DNA of 46,600 nt, from the NCBI GenBank assembly GCA_902551855.1, contig CACDER010000004.1:1-46600 (forward strand), in the 5' to 3' direction. The stretch is from an uncultured Cryomorphaceae bacterium (GTDB lineage Bacteria > Bacteroidota > Bacteroidia > Flavobacteriales > UBA7430). The translations under genes were made by a program, and so were the position numbers. Under the pieces are notes generated by a model. It ran no database searches. It had not been told where the DNA came from and was given only the letters and a program-made list of their open reading frames with translations. Positions 39,491 through 46,600 of this stretch are shown piece after piece; position 1 is the stretch's first letter; the number at the start of each line of letters is the position of its first letter.

Positions 39491-41248
39491 ATGTCAGAAA
39501 ATCATAATCATTCGGAAAATTTTTTTTCAAAATACATATTTTCTATTGATCATAAAATGATTGCTAAACAATTTCTAATAACTGGAATGACAATGGGAAT
39601 TATTGCAATGGTCATGTCAGCTTTATTCAGACTTCAATTAGCTAATCCAGGAGAGCCAAACCAAATTCTTTCCTTTTTTTTAGGAGATTGGGCACAGGGA
39701 GGTGTAATGGATCCAAATATGTATCTTGCTTTAGTTACAATTCATGGTACTCTCATGGTTTTTTTCTTGCTTACAGGAGGACTTAGTGGTACATTCGCTA
39801 ATTTATTAATTCCCCTTCAAATAGGAGCAAGGGATATGGCTTCAGGTTTCATTAATGCCCTTTCATACTGGTTTTTTTTCCTTTCTTCTATTATTATGTT
39901 ATCCTCTTTATTTGTTGAGTCAGGTCCTGCTTCTGGAGGATGGACAATATATCCGCCTTTGAGTGCTGTTCCTCAAGCCATGCCAGGGTCAGGTTTAGGA
40001 ATGACTTTGTGGTTAATTTCTATGACATTATTTATTGTATCTTCTTTACTTGGTGGATTAAATTATATTGTCACAATTTTAAATTTAAGAACAAAAGGTA
40101 TGACTATGGCAAGAATGCCCTTGACAATGTGGGCAATTTTTATGACTGCAATATTAGGAGTACTTTCATTTCCTGTTCTTGTTTCAGCTGTTCTCCTTCT
40201 TGTATTTGATAGAAGTTTTGGAACAAGTTTTTATCTTTCAGATATAATGATCCAAGGTGAAGTTTTAGCTAATAGTGGGGGTTCTCCTGTTTTATTTGAG
40301 CACTTATTTTGGTTTTTAGGTCATCCTGAAGTATATATAGTTTTATTACCTGCACTAGGTATCACTTCTGAAGTGATTGCTACAAATTCAAGAAAACCAA
40401 TTTTTGGCTACAGAGCAATGGTTGGTTCAATTTTTGCAATTGGTTTTTTATCCTTTATCGTTTGGGCTCATCACATGTTTATATCAGGTATGAGTCCATT
40501 TTTGGGTTCAGTTTTTACATTTACCACATTATTAATTGCAATTCCTTCTGCAGTCAAAGCTTTTAATTACCTTGCAACCTTATGGAAGGGTAATTTGCAG
40601 TTTACTCCTGCTATGTTGTTTTCCATAGGATTAGTCTCGACATTCATAACTGGTGGGCTTACTGGACTTATACTTGGTGATAGTGCTCTTGATATTAATG
40701 TCCATGATACATATTTTGTTGTTGGTCATTTTCATATAGTTATGGGATTATCTGCAACTTTTGGAGCATTTGCAGGGATATATCACTGGTTCCCAAAAAT
40801 GTATGGAAGAATGATGAACAAAACCTTGGGATATATTCATTTTTGGTTAACAATTGTTTGTGCATATGGAGTATTTTTTCCAATGCACTATTTAGGTCTT
40901 GCTGGTTTACCAAGAAGATATTACAGCAACACAGCGTTCCCGATGTTTGATGATTTGGTCAATATTAATTCAGTAGTTACTTTTTTTGCTGCAACTGCTG
41001 CAATTGTTCAGTTGATTTTCTTATTTAATTTTATTTATAGTATCTTTAGAGGAGAGAGAGCTGTTATGAATCCATGGAAGTCGAATACATTAGAATGGAC
41101 TACACCAGTTGAAAGAATCCACGGAAATTGGCCTGGTAAAATCCCGCAAGTATACAGATGGGCATATGATTACAGCAAACCAGGTTCAGAAAAAGATTTT
41201 ATTCCTCAGAATATTCCTCTTAAAAGTGATGAATCAGAGTCATTATAA
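39491..41248 (+). CDS. coxA: Cytochrome c oxidase subunit I, A1 type
   Basis: DHK, IHG, GWTIYPPL, FWFLGHPEVY, VWAHHM, HDTYFVVGHFH, GLPRRY. Confidence 0.97.
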   Translation: MSENHNHSENFFSKYIFSIDHKMIAKQFLITGMTMGIIAMVMSALFRLQLANPGEPNQILSFFLGDWAQGGVMDPNMYLALVTIHGTLMVFFLLTGGLSGTFANLLIPLQIGARDMASGFINALSYWFFFLSSIIMLSSLFVESGPASGGWTIYPPLSAVPQAMPGSGLGMTLWLISMTLFIVSSLLGGLNYIVTILNLRTKGMTMARMPLTMWAIFMTAILGVLSFPVLVSAVLLLVFDRSFGTSFYLSDIMIQGEVLANSGGSPVLFEHLFWFLGHPEVYIVLLPALGITSEVIATNSRKPIFGYRAMVGSIFAIGFLSFIVWAHHMFISGMSPFLGSVFTFTTLLIAIPSAVKAFNYLATLWKGNLQFTPAMLFSIGLVSTFITGGLTGLILGDSALDINVHDTYFVVGHFHIVMGLSATFGAFAGIYHWFPKMYGRMMNKTLGYIHFWLTIVCAYGVFFPMHYLGLAGLPRRYYSNTAFPMFDDLVNINSVVTFFAATAAIVQLIFLFNFIYSIFRGERAVMNPWKSNTLEWTTPVERIHGNWPGKIPQVYRWAYDYSKPGSEKDFIPQNIPLKSDESESL

Positions 41249-41276
41249 TTGTAAGTATAAATAAAAGTAATTTAAA

Positions 41277-42281
41277 ATGGAAGATAATTTAAACTCAGAG
41301 GAAAAAGAATTTGAGGTTAAATTACGTCCTGCTTTTTTTAAAGATTTTTCTGGACAAAAAAAAATTATTGATAACTTATCTATTTTTGTCAAAGCAGCTA
41401 ATCAAAGAGATGATTCACTTGATCATGTATTACTCCATGGCCCACCAGGTTTGGGAAAAACAACTTTAGCTTCAGTTATATCTAATGAATTAGGAGTAAA
41501 TATTAAAGTTACCTCAGGTCCTGTTCTTGATAAACCAGGAGATCTTGCTGGATTACTTACAAGTCTAGCTGAAAGAGATGTATTATTTATTGACGAAATT
41601 CATAGGTTATCTCCAGTAATTGAAGAGTATTTGTATTCAGCAATGGAGGATTACAAAATAGATATATTAATTGAATCTGGACCAAATGCAAGATCAGTAC
41701 AGATAGATTTAAATCCTTTTACTTTAATTGGAGCTACTACAAGATCTGGATTGTTAACGTCTCCGCTAAGAGCTCGTTTTGGAATTAATTGTAGGTTAGA
41801 ATATTACAATAATCAATTGTTATCTAGTATAATAAAAAGATCTTCTAAAATATTAAACATTTCAATTTTAGATTTATCTGCTGGAAAAATTGCATCTAGA
41901 AGCAGAGGTACCCCTAGAATTGCCAATTCTTTATTAAGGAGGGTAAGAGATTTTGCTCAAATAAAGGGTAATGGTAAAATTGATAATGAAATTACCGATT
42001 ATGCCTTAAAAGCTTTAAAAGTTGATTTAAAGGGACTAGATGAAATGGATTTATCAATTTTGAAAACAATTATTAATAAATTTAATGGAGGTCCTGTTGG
42101 TATTTCAACAATTGCAACAGCAGTTAGTGAGAAAGTCTCAACTATTGAAGAAGTATATGAACCATATTTAATTCAAGAAGGATATATTTTAAGAACTCAA
42201 AGAGGAAGAGTTGCAACTAAACTAGCATATGAGCATTTGAAAATTGATTTTAAAAATGGTGAAAAATTAAGTTTATTTTAA
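41277..42281 (+). CDS. ruvB: Holliday junction branch migration helicase RuvB
   Basis: [40 protein letters not shown]. Confidence 0.98.
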   Translation: MEDNLNSEEKEFEVKLRPAFFKDFSGQKKIIDNLSIFVKAANQRDDSLDHVLLHGPPGLGKTTLASVISNELGVNIKVTSGPVLDKPGDLAGLLTSLAERDVLFIDEIHRLSPVIEEYLYSAMEDYKIDILIESGPNARSVQIDLNPFTLIGATTRSGLLTSPLRARFGINCRLEYYNNQLLSSIIKRSSKILNISILDLSAGKIASRSRGTPRIANSLLRRVRDFAQIKGNGKIDNEITDYALKALKVDLKGLDEMDLSILKTIINKFNGGPVGISTIATAVSEKVSTIEEVYEPYLIQEGYILRTQRGRVATKLAYEHLKIDFKNGEKLSLF

Positions 42282-42285
42282 TTTA

Positions 42286-42864
42286 TTAAATTGTTTTATA
42301 AAGTAAAATTGAAATAAAATTGGAATATTCACCTCTATTAAAAAATAGTTTTTGTTTAGAATTGTGTTCTCTTACAGGAGTTATAGAGTGATTAAATCTG
42401 AAATTAATTTTGTAATTTTTGTTTAATAACTTAACAAAACCTAAAATGTAATCTATATTAAAAAAGTTAGGATTATCATTTTTTTCACTCTCATAAAATT
42501 TTACTAAAAAATTTGAACTTAATCCGCTTTCAATTTCGATTTTTTTTGATAGCTCTCTGAAATAAAGAATCGGAATTGAGATATAGTTTAGCTTATATTT
42601 ATAGAAGTTTAAATCATTTTCAAAACTACCTTTTTGAGAATAAAGCATTTCAATTTTAATATAATTATTTGATTTTATGTTATTTTCACCCTTTAAATTT
42701 GGTAAAATAATATATGACCCAAAATTCATACCTATTTTATTATATCCAGCATACCCGTCACCAGATATTTGACTCATATTAATTCCTCCAATAAGTCCTG
42801 CTCCAAAATTTTGACTAAAACAACTTAATGTTGGAATTAAAAAGTAGATAAATAATAATCTCAT
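42286..42864 (-). CDS. Small outer-membrane beta-barrel protein (PorT/porin-like)
   Basis: Signal peptide; GLIGGINMSQISGD, EMLYSQKGS, LNYISIPIL. Confidence 0.8.
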   Translation of the reverse strand: MRLLFIYFLIPTLSCFSQNFGAGLIGGINMSQISGDGYAGYNKIGMNFGSYIILPNLKGENNIKSNNYIKIEMLYSQKGSFENDLNFYKYKLNYISIPILYFRELSKKIEIESGLSSNFLVKFYESEKNDNPNFFNIDYILGFVKLLNKNYKINFRFNHSITPVREHNSKQKLFFNRGEYSNFISILLYKTI

Positions 42865-42865
42865 A

Positions 42866-43732
42866 TTAATTAATCAGTTTATTCTTTTCAGCTTGGAGAA
42901 CTTCATATGTTTCAATATCGTAAATAATTCCTATGATATTAATATTATTAATATTCCATTCATAATTTTTATTAATACTATATCTATTTAAAAATATTTG
43001 AGATGACTTTTGATTATTTAAATCTACCCCCCATGAACCATTAAGAGATTTTCTTAAAACATTGTTATGTATATAATTTTCGACGTATCCATTAGGAGAA
43101 CTTTCGTCTTTTTGTCTAGATATCAGACTATCTTCTGTGATTACTATTTTAAACCTTATATCATTCTGATTATAATTTCCAATGTCAATTCTTGAATCAA
43201 TACAAATTAGATCTTCATTTTCATCAAAAGAAGAATTAAGTTGGATTTGTAAATCATACAAATTTTGAGTTAAAGAGATTTGATTAATGATATTTTCTTC
43301 CCATTCAGTATACTTTAGTATATGTTGATTATTCAAAAAATTAACTCTATTGACTAATCCGTTTGGTGGTCCATCATCACTATTACCAAATTGATAATCC
43401 CAATCATTTCCAACTTCAGAGGTATAATCAGTAGGATAATTTGAACTTATCCTTGCAAAAAAACCCGCATGAATAGATATTGCAATTAAATCATCATTGT
43501 AAATTTCAAGTAATTCAGAAACTTTAGACCCTGCTGGGGGACATGTAGAGCATTGGTGACCTGTATAGTATTCTAGTAAAATTTTTCTCTTTGTGTTATT
43601 TGGATAACCAAAATAGTATTCATCACAATATTCATTAACTTGATTCATTTGATTAATGAAAGGTTCTTCAATAATATCACATGCAAAAAAATGAATTGTT
43701 AAAAAAAAAATAAAGATATGTTTATTATTCAT
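42866..43732 (-). CDS. Omp28-related outer-membrane lipoprotein with CxxC
   Basis: Lipobox FFAC; ILLEYYTGHQCSTCP, ISIHAG, P..LVNR, ITEDSLIS.Q, YIHNNVLR...G.WG. Confidence 0.85.
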   Translation of the reverse strand: MNNKHIFIFFLTIHFFACDIIEEPFINQMNQVNEYCDEYYFGYPNNTKRKILLEYYTGHQCSTCPPAGSKVSELLEIYNDDLIAISIHAGFFARISSNYPTDYTSEVGNDWDYQFGNSDDGPPNGLVNRVNFLNNQHILKYTEWEENIINQISLTQNLYDLQIQLNSSFDENEDLICIDSRIDIGNYNQNDIRFKIVITEDSLISRQKDESSPNGYVENYIHNNVLRKSLNGSWGVDLNNQKSSQIFLNRYSINKNYEWNINNINIIGIIYDIETYEVLQAEKNKLIN

Positions 43733-43734
43733 AA

Positions 43735-45384
43735 TTAGAAAGTTGAGTTTATTGATAATAATATTCCATTTGAAGCTGGAACCACTCTACATACTCCACC
43801 AATACAAAATACTCCAGCTCTCTGTTTTCCATATGTAGTAGAAAATCTTGTTTTTCCTTTATTGATTCCAAATGAAAAAGTTGGATAGTTTATTTTTTTT
43901 ATTGAGTTGCCACTATTATACATATTTTGGAAGGCAAAAAAATATTTCGGAGAAATAGAGTATTCAATAAGTCCCATTAACCAATCACCTTCATGTTCTT
44001 GGGTTTTTAAAATCTGAATTTCATTTCTTATTGAGTGTTTAGGTTTAATTTTATATTGAGTTTCTAAAATATATATATTTGCATAAATCATACCCTGATA
44101 TGAGTATCCTAAAATTTCAGAACTGTTATAATGGGTATTAATATATGTTGAAATTAAATTTAATTTTTTAGATATTTTTTTATTAATTTCAATATTTAAT
44201 TCTTGAAAAAATTTCACTTCACCAATTTTTAAAAAATTACTCTTATATCCCAGCGTTCCAGTCTCTCCAATATCAGTAGCGTTATTGATTTTATTTTTGT
44301 CAATTGAATAAGAATTTGAAAAATTAATATTCAAACCTGTACCGTATTTTCCTCCAAAAAAACTTTGTTTTTTAAATTTATAATTCATATCAAATTGAAG
44401 GCCCATTTCACCATTTGTTATTGTTGCATAGGGATAAATAGTCGCTAGAGCATATGTTTGTTGCTTTGTTAGAGCAGGTAAATAATTTATCAATAGATTT
44501 TGAAGTGATTCATTTCTTTCAGAACGAAAATCCATATTATCAATTCTTTTAGCTGAAAGATTTATACCAAACCCCCTGATTGAATAATTAGTATTAATTA
44601 AAATAGCATTACCTTTTTTAAAGATGAAATTATTAACATATGATGGATCATTATATTTTGAAACATACTCAGCCTCAAGGTTCCAATTTTTTAAATTAAA
44701 TAAGAATCTTGAACTCCAAGCTCCTACATTTTCAGGTAAATTATATTTTGGATTATTGTCTTTTTCATATTTACTGACAAAGCTCAAACCTATAGTCAGA
44801 TTTGAAGAAAAATTTAGTTTATTGAAAATTTCATTCAATATAAATTCGGAATCTAAACCTCTAACAATTCCATCAGATTTTGTAAAAAAAATTCTTTGTC
44901 TTCCAATAAGAGATTTAAAATTAATTCCTTTAATTATATTAAACTTCATTCTAACTCCCTCAAAAGCATTATCATATCCTAGGTTTCTCTCTTCATATGC
45001 TCTCAATATCATTCCTGATCCAAATTGTTCGTAAAAGTTTCCAACAGTAATATCTATTTCATCATTGTGAAACTGAAAATATCTATAAGTAATTCCTTCA
45101 CCTTTGTAACCTGAAGGATATCCTAATAGAGGGTTAAGATAATTTTCATATCTTAATCCCATACTAATTTTTTTTGAAGAGTAAATTAAGTTGGTAAATC
45201 CATTATTTAATAATCTTTCTTCTGGAAAATCGGAAAAGGGATTATTAATATTAAAATCTAGTTTTTTATCAGGTAAGTATAATTGAAAATCATTTTGAAA
45301 ATTACCGCTAATATTACCATCAAAATTTATTTGTGAAAATGTTAAAATTGGAATAAGAAACACTATTAAAATTAAATATTTCAT
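43735..45384 (-). CDS. DUF6029-family outer-membrane beta-barrel protein
   Basis: Signal peptide; TVGNFYEQFGSGMILRAYEER.LG.DN, INYLPALTKQ, C-terminal CIGGVCR, terminal Phe. Confidence 0.8.
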   Translation of the reverse strand: MKYLILIVFLIPILTFSQINFDGNISGNFQNDFQLYLPDKKLDFNINNPFSDFPEERLLNNGFTNLIYSSKKISMGLRYENYLNPLLGYPSGYKGEGITYRYFQFHNDEIDITVGNFYEQFGSGMILRAYEERNLGYDNAFEGVRMKFNIIKGINFKSLIGRQRIFFTKSDGIVRGLDSEFILNEIFNKLNFSSNLTIGLSFVSKYEKDNNPKYNLPENVGAWSSRFLFNLKNWNLEAEYVSKYNDPSYVNNFIFKKGNAILINTNYSIRGFGINLSAKRIDNMDFRSERNESLQNLLINYLPALTKQQTYALATIYPYATITNGEMGLQFDMNYKFKKQSFFGGKYGTGLNINFSNSYSIDKNKINNATDIGETGTLGYKSNFLKIGEVKFFQELNIEINKKISKKLNLISTYINTHYNSSEILGYSYQGMIYANIYILETQYKIKPKHSIRNEIQILKTQEHEGDWLMGLIEYSISPKYFFAFQNMYNSGNSIKKINYPTFSFGINKGKTRFSTTYGKQRAGVFCIGGVCRVVPASNGILLSINSTF

Positions 45385-45390
45385 AAAAAA

Positions 45391-45879
45391 TTAAAGTTTT
45401 AAAATTTCTTGAAATAGTATTTCTTCGTCACCATCAAAAAATGATGAGTGTTGCCAAATTATATCATTATCTGATAATAAGAAAGTGTGAGGAATAAAAT
45501 TAACATTTAATGCTCGTTTAAGATCATTATTATAGTCTATATAAATATCAAAAGGCCAATCTTTTCCATCTGCATAGGGTTTTACTTTTGAAAAATTTCT
45601 TGAGTCATCAATTGATATTGCAATTACTTTGACATTAGTTTCTTCTATCCAATCATCATACAGTTCTGAAATAGCATTCAACTCTCTTGTGCAAGGTTTG
45701 CACCATGTAGCCCAAAAACAAATGATTATTGGTCCATTATGATTTTTAAATGTATTGGTATTAATAAGTTTACCTGACGTATTTTTTAGATCAATTTCAG
45801 GTAATGGAAATGACTTATTTTGGGCATGAGCATTATCAAAAAAAAAGACTAAAACTAAAATTATATATATTTTTTTCAT
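45391..45879 (-). CDS. TlpA-family periplasmic thiol-disulfide oxidoreductase
   Basis: Signal peptide; FWATWCKPC, AISIDD, cis-Pro IPHTFL. Confidence 0.92.
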   Translation of the reverse strand: MKKIYIILVLVFFFDNAHAQNKSFPLPEIDLKNTSGKLINTNTFKNHNGPIIICFWATWCKPCTRELNAISELYDDWIEETNVKVIAISIDDSRNFSKVKPYADGKDWPFDIYIDYNNDLKRALNVNFIPHTFLLSDNDIIWQHSSFFDGDEEILFQEILKL

Positions 45880-45984
45880 GAAATAAAATTATTATAAATA
45901 AGATCATTATTATTAATGTAAATACCTTATTATTTAGTAAATTTAAATAAAAAACTTTTAATCATAGATTTTAAAAATATAATT

Positions 45985-46359
45985 ATGAATTTTCCTGATA
46001 ATTTAAAATATACCAAGGATCATGAATGGGTAAAAATTGATAACAATATTGCCACTATTGGTATAACTGACTTCGCTCAAAGTGAATTGGGTGATATAGT
46101 ATTTGTTGAAATAGAAAAACTTAATCGTGAAGTAAAAAAAGATGATATTTTTGGTTCAGTGGAGGCCGTAAAAACTGTTTCAGATCTATTTATGCCTTTA
46201 ACTGGAAAAATTATCGAAATTAATAAAAAATTAGATTCTAATCCTGAAATGATAAATAATGATTGTTATGGAGAAGGATGGATAATTAAAGTTGAATTTT
46301 CAAATATTGATGAATATAAAAATTTATTAGACTCTAAAAGTTATAATGATATAATTTAA
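45985..46359 (+). CDS. gcvH: Glycine cleavage system H protein
   Basis: YTKDHEW, GITDFAQSELGDIVFV, VEAVKTVSD lipoyl-lysine motif. Confidence 0.97.
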   Translation: MNFPDNLKYTKDHEWVKIDNNIATIGITDFAQSELGDIVFVEIEKLNREVKKDDIFGSVEAVKTVSDLFMPLTGKIIEINKKLDSNPEMINNDCYGEGWIIKVEFSNIDEYKNLLDSKSYNDII

Positions 46360-46362
46360 TAA

Positions 46363-46600
46363 ATGAATAAATTAAATTCAGCTATTATCTCTGTATCAAT
46401 TTTATGGTTTTTTTTAATATTAATTTCAAGCTTTTATCCTTTTAATAATTTCGGAACAGTTCAACCCTATTTTGATAAACTTTTTCATTTTTTTGAATAC
46501 TCTGTATTCTCAATTCTATTTTCCATGTCATTTAGAATAATTTTTAATGCTGTATCACCCAAATTTAACTTTATATTTACTATTTTTCTATTATTTATAT
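46363..46600 (+). CDS. VanZ-family membrane protein (truncated at window end)
   Basis: Hand translation MNKLNSAIISVSILWFFLILISSFYP...YFDKLFHFFEYS with DKxxH motif; follows gcvH. Confidence 0.75.
   Translation, partial: MNKLNSAIISVSILWFFLILISSFYPFNNFGTVQPYFDKLFHFFEYSVFSILFSMSFRIIFNAVSPKFNFIFTIFLLFI

Noticed and set aside
39491-41281. Missing oxidase subunit III and ctaB after coxA
   Set aside because: In Flavobacteriales these are normally encoded at a separate locus; coxA followed by ruvB is the usual order.

Overview
Very AT-rich, tightly packed chromosome segment from a Bacteroidota, most likely a streamlined Flavobacteriales. The assignment rests on gene order, TAnnTTTG promoter boxes, absence of Shine-Dalgarno motifs, gldD/gldE and alternative complex III. 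It is mostly core genome: PBP1A (partial), scoAB, a 2-hydroxyacid dehydrogenase, mgtE, rsmA, serS, rpmA/rplU, ctaA, gldD/gldE, mutY, HU, an uncalled 30-aa bS22-like gene, rne/rng, recX, prfB, fumC, a DUF2723 GT-C protein, tRNA-Gln, nusA, infB, the actA-F + coxB/coxA respiratory operon, ruvB, a TlpA-DUF6029-Omp28-OMP operon, gcvH and a partial VanZ gene. I saw no mobile element, prophage or CRISPR array. The strongest leads are (1) an acyl-carrier-protein-like, His-rich domain inserted in ActF, alongside a Lys-rich helical insert in CoxB, and (2) a four-gene operon that looks like a thiol relay across the outer membrane. Other leads are loss of the RF2 programmed frameshift, rimP and ssb missing from their usual loci, an A14 tract at the start of mutY, and a palindromic operator plus duplicated promoter box upstream of the ACIII operon. 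Three reading-frame breaks (scoA, recX, gldE) may be base-calling errors. All family calls are by motif recognition; no searches were run.
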